Shown: in pieces, positions 14,318-23,658 of the stretch | Layout: the number at the start of each line of letters is the position of its first letter | Position numbering within the stretch: the stretch's first letter is position 1 | From: Escherichia phage 121Q | Sequence record: NC_025447.1 | Direction: 5' to 3' (one strand) | DNA length: 64,000 bases | Notes under the pieces: generated by a model | Database searches by the model: none | What the model was told of the DNA's origin: nothing | The model's input: the letters and a program-made list of their open reading frames with translations, nothing else | Program-made: the position numbers and the translations under genes

Positions 14318-15295
14318 ATGGCTCATCACGGCGTGTTTATGTACCCTTATAATCAGGAAGTATCATTGGGCAATTTTAATATGCCATATAGCAATGAAAA
14401 ACTAACTATATATAGAGGGGCAAATAATAATTTATCTTTTACTGTTCACAACGCTGATGGAAAATATACTTTATTGAAAGATAATGAATATCTTACATTT
14501 ATGATTTTTGATGCACGAAATAATACTAAACTATTTGATGTTGTATTAGAAAAACAAGAACCCAGTTGGTTATCAGAAAGTGGACAAGCAAGACAAACAT
14601 TAGGAAATAAAAAGAAAGTATATTATGGATGTATTGTTCCAGCAGGAGTTATTCAAGATACCAGTCCTGGTTCAAAATATAGATGGAGCATTACTAAAGT
14701 AACAATGGATGGTTCACTTATAGAACCAACACAATATCTATACACAGGAATGAACTTTGAAGCATCAGCAGAGCTAATAATTTCAGACCAAGCAGCACCT
14801 GTATTTGTCCCCAGTACTGAAATATCAGTTAATAAAAATCCAGCATGGACAACTATAAAGCGTTTATATCATGAACCAATTGGAAATGGTATGATTGGTG
14901 AATATGATATTCTCGCATCAACTCCATTACCAGCACAAATGCAGTTTGGATTGGTAGATGGATTAAGTAGTATTGCAATCTATTTTGATAAATTCATTGG
15001 TAGAATACAGCTACAAGGGTGCTTGTGTAACAACGTACCTAATGATAATGAAAACTATAAATGGTTTATTATTAAATTAGATGGAAAGGATTATATTGAA
15101 AATGGAATTGATTCAGACGGTTTTCCAAAAGAACTTGATGGAATACAAGCATTTAATTTTAAAGGAAATTATATGTGGTTACGTTTGGTGGTTGCTATTC
15201 ATCCCAAAATTGTTCCAGTACCATATGACTATGCTGCTGTCCGAAAAGTGTATGACCCTTTCCTAACAGTACCTAAAATTTTGATACGTAGATGA
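14318..15295 (+). CDS. hypothetical protein
   Basis: Start placed at ATG 14318 behind GGAAGGA RBS (ORF track begins 14252). Confidence 0.5.
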   Translation: MAHHGVFMYPYNQEVSLGNFNMPYSNEKLTIYRGANNNLSFTVHNADGKYTLLKDNEYLTFMIFDARNNTKLFDVVLEKQEPSWLSESGQARQTLGNKKKVYYGCIVPAGVIQDTSPGSKYRWSITKVTMDGSLIEPTQYLYTGMNFEASAELIISDQAAPVFVPSTEISVNKNPAWTTIKRLYHEPIGNGMIGEYDILASTPLPAQMQFGLVDGLSSIAIYFDKFIGRIQLQGCLCNNVPNDNENYKWFIIKLDGKDYIENGIDSDGFPKELDGIQAFNFKGNYMWLRLVVAIHPKIVPVPYDYAAVRKVYDPFLTVPKILIRR

Positions 15296-15312
15296 GACAA
15301 AACTGGAAGGTG

Positions 15313-15321
15313 TGCTATAAT
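15313..15321 (+). promoter_or_regulatory. extended -10 promoter element upstream of primase
   Basis: TGTGCTATAAT 30 nt upstream of the primase ATG. Confidence 0.5.
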
Positions 15322-15350
15322 CATTTGTAAGAAAAGACAAGGATTAACTT

Positions 15351-16406
15351 ATGAACGCTGTACAAAACATAATGGCACAAATTATGAATGATCCAGTACC
15401 TGCGATGGGTACATGGTCACATCACAACTGTCCAGCTTGTGTGTTCAGAGGACATTCAAGGCCGGATACAAAGCACCGTGGTAATCATATGTTCAATGCA
15501 GATGGTTCCGTTTCATATAACTGCTTTAACTGTAGTTTAAAAACTGGTTGGCAACCAGGAAAATATATGAGCAAAGATATGGAGTCTTTGCTCATTTCTT
15601 TTGGTGCACAAGATAAAGAAATAGAATTAGTAAAGTTTTATATTAAAGAAATGGTTGACAGCGGTGATTTTGCTGCACAAGAAACTGTTGCATCAAAATT
15701 GTATGACCGAGTAACAGTACGTGATTTGCCATCAAATGCAAAAACATTTTGGGAATGGGCTTCTTTACCTGAAGATAAAATTCCACAAGAATTTATAAGT
15801 GTTTTGCATAATGTCAATGAAAGAAACCCATATCTGTTAGACTTAGAATTATATTGGTCACCTAATAAAGAACATAAAATGTATGACAGATTTATTATTC
15901 CATATTTCATGAATGGTAAAATTATTGGTTATACTGCACGACATAAATTAAAAGATCCTGGAAGTACATACAGGTTTATAAATCAAGTAAGTACTAATAT
16001 ACTATATAACTATGATTTATTAAAAGATGAACGAATAAAAACAATTTTAGTATGTGAGGGTCCGTTAGACGCAGCATTAATGGGTGGTGTATCTGCTAAT
16101 AACTTTAAATTATCAAACGTACAGATTGATGTATTAAAAGATGCACAGCAAAAAGGTAAAAAAATAGTTATTGTTCCAGATAGAGATAAAGATGGATTAA
16201 TAACTATAGACCAAGCACTTGAAAATGGATTCAGTGTTTCCTTCCCAGACTTTGGTGCTGTAAGAGAAGGTAGTACAATACGTCATATCAAGGACTTTGA
16301 AGAAGCTTGTGCACGATTTGGTAGGTTATTTTGTTTACAATTAATACATGATAGTATAGTAGATGAGCCATTTTATATTAAAGCTCAAACGGATAAATGG
16401 ATGTAA
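15351..16406 (+). CDS. 61: DNA primase (gp61-like)
   Basis: N-terminal zinc ribbon (CPAC...CFNC) and TOPRIM-like block IVIVPDRDKDG, as in T4 gp61. Confidence 0.8.
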   Translation: MNAVQNIMAQIMNDPVPAMGTWSHHNCPACVFRGHSRPDTKHRGNHMFNADGSVSYNCFNCSLKTGWQPGKYMSKDMESLLISFGAQDKEIELVKFYIKEMVDSGDFAAQETVASKLYDRVTVRDLPSNAKTFWEWASLPEDKIPQEFISVLHNVNERNPYLLDLELYWSPNKEHKMYDRFIIPYFMNGKIIGYTARHKLKDPGSTYRFINQVSTNILYNYDLLKDERIKTILVCEGPLDAALMGGVSANNFKLSNVQIDVLKDAQQKGKKIVIVPDRDKDGLITIDQALENGFSVSFPDFGAVREGSTIRHIKDFEEACARFGRLFCLQLIHDSIVDEPFYIKAQTDKWM

Positions 16407-16428
16407 TACATATAATGAGGGAACATAG

Positions 16429-17949
16429 ATGATTCAAAGCACAGTGGATGTGAAACAATATGGGATTAATGCACAACAATACTTATTATCTCAGATTTTC
16501 AGTAATCCTGATTTATATGTACGTTGTAAAAATATCCTTAAACCAGAATATTTTGATAAAACATTTCATGAAAGTATTCAATACGTGCATGATTATGCTG
16601 CAAAATATAGTTCATCACCTACTTTAAAAGATATTGAAGTTAAAGGTGGTTATCAATACGATCAATATGAAGTTCAAGAATTACATAAACAATCAGTACT
16701 TGATACATGTGGTGAATTTTGTCGCCATAAAGCATTAGCTTTAGCCGTTGAAAAAGGAATGGAACTTGTCCATCAGAAAAAATATGGTGGAATCGAAGAA
16801 CTAATCCGAGAAGCAATGTTGGTAACGGTACAGAATGAGTTAGGTTTGGATATTTTTGAAAACCCTGAAGATACAATCCGCTCACTCAGTACAATGCAAG
16901 GGTCATTTAAGAGTGGTTGGGAAACTCTTGATTACAAACTTTTCGGTGGATTTGGGCGTAGAGAGTTAGAGATCTTTGCTGCTGCATCAGGTGGTGGTAA
17001 ATCAGTAGTACTGCAAAATTTAGCAGTTAACTTTGCGAAAGCTGGTATGAATGGTGCATACATTTCACTTGAACTAGCTGAAGAGTTGGTTGCTGTTCGT
17101 ATCTATGGTATGATGACTGAATCAAAACTCAGTAACGTAAAAAATGAAGCTGAAAAGATTGGATTTGCTGTTAAAGTTGAAGGTAAAAACAGTGGTATGT
17201 TGCGTATTAAACGCTTACCTGAATCTGTAACAACCACTGACGATATTGAAAGTTATCTACGTGAATTACAAATTAAGATGGAAATCAAACTTGATTATGT
17301 ATGCGTGGACTATTTGGATCTATTAACTTCTAATCGTCTTGGACCAAATGATAAATCCAATACATTTACTAAAGATAAGTTTGTATCAGAAGAATTACGT
17401 GCACTTGCAACCAAAATGGATTTAACTGTTTTCACTGCATCTCAGTTTAACCGTAGTGGTATGGACGAAGATAAGAAAAGTCAAAGTCAGATTGCTGGTG
17501 GTATTTCGAAAATTTATACTGCTGATAACGTAATTTATATTGAGGCACGAAAAGAAACTGGCGAACTATGGTTTGATTTCCAAAAAACACGTAACAGTAG
17601 TGCAGTAGGTTCCCGTTTGCGTATGTCATATGATATTGATTCATTGAGAGTTCTTGACCACGCAACTACAGTACAACAAATGGAAACCGAAGGTAATGGA
17701 TTCCGTCACAGCGGTGTTTCTAAGATTGGTGGAGGGAATATGGCGTTACCACCCAGCACTATGCAAACATTACGTCATACGCTTTCTGGTGCAGCTAAAT
17801 CACCATCTGTGCAACCTGACAATACAGTAACACTAAATACTGATAGTGCTCCTAACTCTACGACACAAAACGAAATACAGAATCCACAGACACATGCTGG
17901 TACTGATCGTGTTCATGCAATGAAGCAATGGTTAAATCAAAGGAAATGA
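16429..17949 (+). CDS. 41: replicative DNA helicase (gp41/DnaB-like)
   Basis: Walker A AAASGGGKS, RecA-like core CVDYLD, order primase then helicase. Confidence 0.8.
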   Translation: MIQSTVDVKQYGINAQQYLLSQIFSNPDLYVRCKNILKPEYFDKTFHESIQYVHDYAAKYSSSPTLKDIEVKGGYQYDQYEVQELHKQSVLDTCGEFCRHKALALAVEKGMELVHQKKYGGIEELIREAMLVTVQNELGLDIFENPEDTIRSLSTMQGSFKSGWETLDYKLFGGFGRRELEIFAAASGGGKSVVLQNLAVNFAKAGMNGAYISLELAEELVAVRIYGMMTESKLSNVKNEAEKIGFAVKVEGKNSGMLRIKRLPESVTTTDDIESYLRELQIKMEIKLDYVCVDYLDLLTSNRLGPNDKSNTFTKDKFVSEELRALATKMDLTVFTASQFNRSGMDEDKKSQSQIAGGISKIYTADNVIYIEARKETGELWFDFQKTRNSSAVGSRLRMSYDIDSLRVLDHATTVQQMETEGNGFRHSGVSKIGGGNMALPPSTMQTLRHTLSGAAKSPSVQPDNTVTLNTDSAPNSTTQNEIQNPQTHAGTDRVHAMKQWLNQRK

Positions 17950-17952
17950 TAA

Positions 17953-18225
17953 ATGTCTAGTAAATCCAATAAAAAGAATCTACTTGATAGTATAGTTGAC
18001 TATACGCCAGAGAAAGATACATTACAGAGTTTTAGTAATCGTGCCGACCACGCAATAAACTCTGTGATTCATTTATTGGAGAGCATTGAAGATGAGTTTA
18101 ACCAAACTGATGCTGAAGATTTAAAAAAACGCTTATTTCTAAGTATAAAAAACCGAGATTATAAAAAGTTTCAAAAAGGGTTAGAGAATATAGCACTTGA
18201 TGAAAAACGTAATAAAGGAAATTAA
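17953..18225 (+). CDS. hypothetical protein
   Basis: ORF track. Confidence 0.45.
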   Translation: MSSKSNKKNLLDSIVDYTPEKDTLQSFSNRADHAINSVIHLLESIEDEFNQTDAEDLKKRLFLSIKNRDYKKFQKGLENIALDEKRNKGN

Positions 18226-18226
18226 T

Positions 18227-18391
18227 ATGAAGAAAAAGAATATCAAAGAAAATGCATCTTCTGGAGCTACTTCAGCAGGTGCTATTGCATCAGTCAGTAC
18301 TGGTTTACATTATCCATTACATCGTAGATTGCCTCCTACTAACTTCTTTGGATACAAAGTCGTAGAGAAAAAAGATAAGGACAAAGAATGA
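18227..18391 (+). CDS. hypothetical small protein
   Basis: ATG 18227 with AAAGGAA RBS; 54 aa. Confidence 0.35.
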   Translation: MKKKNIKENASSGATSAGAIASVSTGLHYPLHRRLPPTNFFGYKVVEKKDKDKE

Positions 18392-18780
18392 AACCATATA
18401 CATTCTACACAATTCACACTGTAGTAGATATTGGTGATGGTAAAACCCCAACAATCATAGATTCTAAGTTCACTGGTGCTATGAACTTATCTAGGTTGTT
18501 GGAAGCTATTATGGTATATGACTATCCAATGATGGTAAGCGTTGTTAAAAATGAAGTCGATTTATATAAAGATAATAATTCATCTTTTTATAACATGCCA
18601 ATTTCTTGGGGAAAATGTACCATAAGCACATTCAAATTCGCATTACCAATGGATGTCGAACTTCGTTTGAATGGTATACCATTGGTTCTACCAACCGAAT
18701 TAAATGGAAAACGAATAACAAAATTTATCACATCTGGTGATGATATTAACATTAGCATCAGCAAACAGACCTTTTCTTAA
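18388..18780 (+). CDS. hypothetical protein
   Basis: ORF track. Confidence 0.5.
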   Translation: MKPYTFYTIHTVVDIGDGKTPTIIDSKFTGAMNLSRLLEAIMVYDYPMMVSVVKNEVDLYKDNNSSFYNMPISWGKCTISTFKFALPMDVELRLNGIPLVLPTELNGKRITKFITSGDDINISISKQTFS

Positions 18781-18836
18781 TTGTGATAAATATCATAAAG
18801 CAAGACAGAGGTCTTTTTATTTTATATGGAGAAATT

Positions 18837-19781
18837 ATGGATATAAACCAAACAGCAACTGAACTTCAAAAGTTCGCAGATGCACATAATTTGAATGTTG
18901 ATGTTTCTGTTATTCTTGATAATATGGATGCAGGTGATTTTATCACTTTAAATTCTGCGATTGATAATTCTGACAATCGTGAAATATTCCAAATTTTACA
19001 AAAATACAAAGCACAGATGAGTGAATGTTATAATTATTTTAGTACTAAAAATGTTAACAAACATATTAATGAAAGTACTGAACTTCATAGTATTGTTGAT
19101 TCAATGTCACTAAAGCAATTAGCAGAAGAGTATCATAAAAATTATACATATTCAGATATAACAAAACTAACCACACAAGAATTAAAAGCAATTGTATTTG
19201 AAGATTTACAAAATCAAGCCACACAAATGCAAGCAAAACAAATTGCTAAAATGAATGTTTCTCAGGGTCAACAACAAGTCAATCCACAAACTCAAGCTAA
19301 AATGAAACAAGCTGAGTTGCAAAGAAATGCTAATAATATGAAAGTTAGTGTTCCTGGTACACAAAGCGGGACAGATTCGGTTGAACCTGTAGTTGGTGTT
19401 GACCCAGGACAAACACCGGAGCAATCATTAGTTATTACTAAAAGTGGGACCAAGCCAAATGAGTTGAACGTTTTTCCTTTGAGTGATGTTAATCCTATTG
19501 ATAATCAAAATAATCCAATTCGTGAAGAAAAATCTCCACAAGAAATTAACAGTGAACTTATGGCTAATTCCAGTTTAGAACCTGATAGTAATCCTGATAC
19601 ACCATCACCATTGTCACATCATGCACCTGGTATGGGCGAAATGATACATGCAATTTCTGATATTGAAAAAGAAGATGATATCTATGGTGATGAAAGTGTT
19701 ATGGCAAACACATCACAATCTGATAATGATGACATGGTAGACCAAATTATCGATTTCTGTCATCGTATGCGAGGTCGTTAA
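18837..19781 (+). CDS. hypothetical Q-rich/acidic protein
   Basis: ATG 18837 with GGAG RBS; low-complexity central region. Confidence 0.5.
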   Translation: MDINQTATELQKFADAHNLNVDVSVILDNMDAGDFITLNSAIDNSDNREIFQILQKYKAQMSECYNYFSTKNVNKHINESTELHSIVDSMSLKQLAEEYHKNYTYSDITKLTTQELKAIVFEDLQNQATQMQAKQIAKMNVSQGQQQVNPQTQAKMKQAELQRNANNMKVSVPGTQSGTDSVEPVVGVDPGQTPEQSLVITKSGTKPNELNVFPLSDVNPIDNQNNPIREEKSPQEINSELMANSSLEPDSNPDTPSPLSHHAPGMGEMIHAISDIEKEDDIYGDESVMANTSQSDNDDMVDQIIDFCHRMRGR

Positions 19782-19999
19782 TGAGAACAGTACTAAATGT
19801 GCATGGTCACAATACAATGGTTTCTAATGAAGAATATAAACTATTACAAAAGATAAAAGCACGCGGTACTGTTCCAGTTGAAAAGGTAAATGAATATTAT
19901 CAGGAATTAGCTGATAAGATGGTATCACGTGGTGTTCTAAATAAAATAGAAAATGATGACGGTACTGAATCTTACCAAACAGTTAGGAGTAGTAAATGA
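19781..19999 (+). CDS. hypothetical protein
   Basis: ORF track; overlapping start/stop. Confidence 0.4.
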   Translation: MRTVLNVHGHNTMVSNEEYKLLQKIKARGTVPVEKVNEYYQELADKMVSRGVLNKIENDDGTESYQTVRSSK

Positions 20000-20667
20000 A
20001 TTACGAATATGATCAACAATCAGTTAATCAGATGGCTGATTTGTTAAGTGGATTGAATGACATTGAAGCTGGTGAAACACATAACGCATCGGGGGTTCCA
20101 TATAAAACTGGTGGTGATATCGGTGCTATGGCTTCTATTTTAACTTCATTAAATGAAGCAGGTATGGATTATGGTGAACCACAACATCCACATATGGTTC
20201 AATATAATTCTCCGTATAATGAACATTTATCAGGGAATTCACCAGTACCTTCGCCACGACCATCACAAGCACCTATCAAACCAAAAACTAATTGGAGTTT
20301 AGTGGAAGAAAAAGTACAAGGTACTAAATCTACTAAAGTTTATAGCATTAAGTGTAATCATAGTTCACAAATTATCATGAATAATATTATGATGTATGAA
20401 GCAGCACTTACATTAGTTAATCTTCTCAATGAAGGAAGAATGTTGACAGATGCAAAAGTACTTGGTATAATCAGTTCGGGTCTTCAATATACGAATGTGA
20501 TTAGTGAAGCATTGAAAGCAGCCCAGAAACGTCAACGCGTACTTAATGAATCTAAGTATGATGAAGCAAAAGATTTAGATATAATTATTGCAGAAAAGAA
20601 AGCTGAAGCGTATAAATTAAAAGAGCGTGTATTAAACTTTCTAAAAGGCGAAGGTTATATAAAGTAA
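19996..20667 (+). CDS. hypothetical protein
   Basis: ORF track. Confidence 0.5.
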   Translation: MNYEYDQQSVNQMADLLSGLNDIEAGETHNASGVPYKTGGDIGAMASILTSLNEAGMDYGEPQHPHMVQYNSPYNEHLSGNSPVPSPRPSQAPIKPKTNWSLVEEKVQGTKSTKVYSIKCNHSSQIIMNNIMMYEAALTLVNLLNEGRMLTDAKVLGIISSGLQYTNVISEALKAAQKRQRVLNESKYDEAKDLDIIIAEKKAEAYKLKERVLNFLKGEGYIK

Positions 20668-20700
20668 ATAAAATGAGTGATATTTTATAAGGAAATACAA

Positions 20701-21333
20701 ATGTCAAAATATAAAAAACTAATGGAAGCAGCTTCTCGTGCAGAAGCTATGAAGTTTATTCAATTAAATGAATCTAATATTGAAAAAGCAGAAATTGTTC
20801 TTTCAGTAAAAGGTGAGATTGTTGATAAACTCCAACGTCAATCTGAGGTTATTAACAACATGGGTGTTGACGTACTAGGCCCACTACTTGACCGTATTAA
20901 AGCCGAGCAAGGTCTAGATGCTGCACAAAATTTTAGTGATAATGTTCGCCATCTACTACAACATGCAGTTACTACCTTAATGGATGTAAAAGACAAAATC
21001 AGTACTGAAACACTTAAACTAACTGGTGATATCACTGACGGTCCAGATGTTTCTGATATTGGAAGTGAAGATGTTGATATTGATATTGCAGCAGATACCC
21101 CAACTTTTGATATGGATGCAGACGCAGACTTTGAAGAAGACATTATCTCTGAACCAGTACCAACTGAACGTGAAATGAAAGAATCTGTTAAACCAAGTAA
21201 AGTTGGTGTAAAAATGGAAAGTATTCGCGGAACTGTGGGTACTAAATACTTTAGTTCAAAAGAAGAAATGAAAACATGGCTTTCTGAGAATGAAAAGAAA
21301 GTTAAACGTGTTCTAGGATACGTTAAAAAATAA
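20701..21333 (+). CDS. hypothetical acidic protein
   Basis: ATG 20701 with AAGGA RBS. Confidence 0.5.
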   Translation: MSKYKKLMEAASRAEAMKFIQLNESNIEKAEIVLSVKGEIVDKLQRQSEVINNMGVDVLGPLLDRIKAEQGLDAAQNFSDNVRHLLQHAVTTLMDVKDKISTETLKLTGDITDGPDVSDIGSEDVDIDIAADTPTFDMDADADFEEDIISEPVPTEREMKESVKPSKVGVKMESIRGTVGTKYFSSKEEMKTWLSENEKKVKRVLGYVKK

Positions 21334-21349
21334 TTAAGGACAATTCTAC

Positions 21350-21685
21350 ATGAGATTTCGTGATCTTACTGAAGAGGCTCCTGGTAAAGATATACGCAAT
21401 ATGATTACTACTATTGCGTTGTCTTTAGTGTCCACGGGTCGAGAAGAAGTAAATGTTCAATCTTTGATTTCTGAAATTAAAAAGAGAACCAACATCGATG
21501 TTCCATACAATGTAATGATGGACATTTTGAATTCCCTTCCTTTTGTACAGGATGCTAATTCTGATGTTGTAACTTTTGCAGGAAATTCAGCAGAAGGTTC
21601 AGAAGAAGTCGAGCAAGATTCTGAAGAGCAAGTTGAAGATTGGGCCACAAAAGCTGCTGTGACAGCTAATAAACAAAAAAACTGA
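21350..21685 (+). CDS. hypothetical protein
   Basis: ORF track. Confidence 0.45.
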   Translation: MRFRDLTEEAPGKDIRNMITTIALSLVSTGREEVNVQSLISEIKKRTNIDVPYNVMMDILNSLPFVQDANSDVVTFAGNSAEGSEEVEQDSEEQVEDWATKAAVTANKQKN

Positions 21686-21702
21686 GACAAATTAAAATAT
21701 AA

Positions 21703-21711
21703 TGCTATAAT
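21703..21711 (+). promoter_or_regulatory. extended -10 promoter element
   Basis: TGCTATAAT upstream of the nuclease gene. Confidence 0.45.
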
Positions 21712-21724
21712 TAGGAGTACACGG

Positions 21725-22444
21725 ATGTACACACCACCAATTGTTAGCAGATATACATATGTTGGTTACAATAGAATTGAAGGCGGCCCAGAAGGTCGCC
21801 TTTATTCAACTCCAACTGGTAATCTGCCGTCAGTAACAACAATTCTAAGTGCGACCTCGAATGACGAAGGTTTAAAGAAATGGAGAGAATTTGTTGGTGA
21901 AGAAAAGGCTAATGAGATTACATTAGAAGCATGTACAGTTGGTACTTTTATGCATGAGAACTTGGAATTTAGATTGGAAGGAAAGCCAGACCATGAAGGT
22001 GGTATGCCAATTCGAGTTCTTGCACGTAGAATGGCTGACAAAATTCAGCAAGAAGCATGGCCTAGAATTAATGAAGTATGGGGACAGGAAGTCCCATTGT
22101 ACTATGAAGGTTTATGGGCCGGAACAACTGATTTAGTAGGTGTTCATGATGGAATCCCAACCATTATGGATTATAAAAATTCCCGTAAAGTTAAGAAGTG
22201 GGGACAAATAGAAAATTATCGTATGCAAATTGCAGCATATGCATTAGCCCATAATCAAATGTTTGGAACTAATATAGAACGTGGTGTGATTTTCATCTGT
22301 GTAAGAAAAGATCCTAACAATCTACAATATCAAGAGTTTGTCATAGAAGGACAAGACTTCAAAGATGCAGTCAATATGTGGATTGAACGTGTAGAACAAT
22401 ACTATATTTTACGTGGAGAAATTGAATCAAATGGAGCAGCATAA
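21725..22444 (+). CDS. PD-(D/E)XK nuclease (RecB/Cas4-like)
   Basis: TTDLVGV, MDYKNS (D-Y-K) and QIAAY motifs in the canonical order of RecB-family nucleases; AGGAG RBS. Confidence 0.55.
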   Translation: MYTPPIVSRYTYVGYNRIEGGPEGRLYSTPTGNLPSVTTILSATSNDEGLKKWREFVGEEKANEITLEACTVGTFMHENLEFRLEGKPDHEGGMPIRVLARRMADKIQQEAWPRINEVWGQEVPLYYEGLWAGTTDLVGVHDGIPTIMDYKNSRKVKKWGQIENYRMQIAAYALAHNQMFGTNIERGVIFICVRKDPNNLQYQEFVIEGQDFKDAVNMWIERVEQYYILRGEIESNGAA

Positions 22445-22985
22445 AAAAATGAAACAAGATCTATATACAATTCGTGCACTAGTAAGTAAAGGTTATGATT
22501 TAGAAGAAGTAATTAAACTTAGTGAAGAAGAGATTGATAAACTGGATTTATCAAATAAGCTAATTCTAAATATCAAAGATTATAAACAACGTGGTGCTAA
22601 ACCTGTTGAAGAAATTAAAGAACAAATTGCACAAGATATTAGTGTTGATGAAGTATCACGCAATGTACCACCAGAAGTTATTCAAGAGTATGTTGTTGAT
22701 AGTGAAGAACAAGTTAAAGTTTCTGAAGAAGTAGAAATTATTGCAGAAGAACTTGCTCCTGAATTGGAAGAAGATGAAGTTGTTATTGAGCGTGTTGTTT
22801 CATCTAAAGAAGATTTGGACATTATCAAAGAAGCATTGCAAACTAAAGAATTAAAAAGTGTTTCCAATTATGTTAAACATTTAAAATCTTTAGTACCAGA
22901 ACAAATTCTATCTTCTGTAGATAGCTCAGTTGTATCTCAACTAATTAATGAGCGTATTGCGGAAGTTAAAGAAAAAGCTAAATAA
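22431..22985 (+). CDS. hypothetical acidic protein
   Basis: ORF-track frame; start ambiguous (GTG 22413, ATG 22431 or ATG 22449). Confidence 0.45.
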   Translation: MEQHKKMKQDLYTIRALVSKGYDLEEVIKLSEEEIDKLDLSNKLILNIKDYKQRGAKPVEEIKEQIAQDISVDEVSRNVPPEVIQEYVVDSEEQVKVSEEVEIIAEELAPELEEDEVVIERVVSSKEDLDIIKEALQTKELKSVSNYVKHLKSLVPEQILSSVDSSVVSQLINERIAEVKEKAK

Positions 22986-23013
22986 TCCTATAATACTATA
23001 GGAGATAGTTTTT

Positions 23014-23595
23014 ATGGCACAACAACAAATTGCTTTACAACAAGTAAGAACTGGTAAACAGAGAGACTTACCTGATGCATTAGAAAAAGGTCAGATAGGA
23101 TTCAGTACTGATGTGGGTCGTGTTTTTATTGGCCTTCCATCATCATCTGACCCAGCCAGCTTAGTCGCTGGAAGAACTTGGACTACTGATCCAAATTCAG
23201 GTAAAGAAAACGTAGAAATAATTACAGAATTTTCACCGTGGAGAACGGTATCAAAAATAATTAATAGACCGTTTAAAGTTGATCTTCCACAAAATCAAGA
23301 AAGTATAGAAGTTATTCTTGAAAGTGAAAGTAGAGTATTCATCGATTATATTGCATATGATGATACAGAAACGGTTTTAGAATCAGGAACTATTCAACTA
23401 GTAGCCGCTGGTTCAAACACAATGATTGCACAGTCTAATAACACAAATCGTACTGATGCAATTATATCTATCTCATTTGAAGATCCTGCATATGATTCAA
23501 TAACTGGAAATATGCAATTTAACATAGTTAACTCGGATTATTTAAATTCAGGATATCATATAGAATTTGTATATCGTGGGTGGGACAAACCTTAA
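23014..23595 (+). CDS. hypothetical protein
   Basis: AGGAG RBS 9 nt upstream. Confidence 0.5.
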   Translation: MAQQQIALQQVRTGKQRDLPDALEKGQIGFSTDVGRVFIGLPSSSDPASLVAGRTWTTDPNSGKENVEIITEFSPWRTVSKIINRPFKVDLPQNQESIEVILESESRVFIDYIAYDDTETVLESGTIQLVAAGSNTMIAQSNNTNRTDAIISISFEDPAYDSITGNMQFNIVNSDYLNSGYHIEFVYRGWDKP

Positions 23596-23613
23596 AAGGC
23601 GTCCCGCCTTTTT
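23596..23613 (+). terminator. weak intrinsic terminator
   Basis: AAGGCG / CGCCTT short stem then TTTTT. Confidence 0.4.
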
Positions 23614-23658
23614 CTTCCACTAAAAAAAGAAATTTATATCAATAAACAAGGATGACAC

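Noticed and set aside
22987-23002. Near-palindrome CCTATAATACTATAGG as a regulatory hairpin or promoter
   Set aside because: Only a 6-bp stem; contains TATAAT but overlaps the RBS of the next gene; insufficient evidence.
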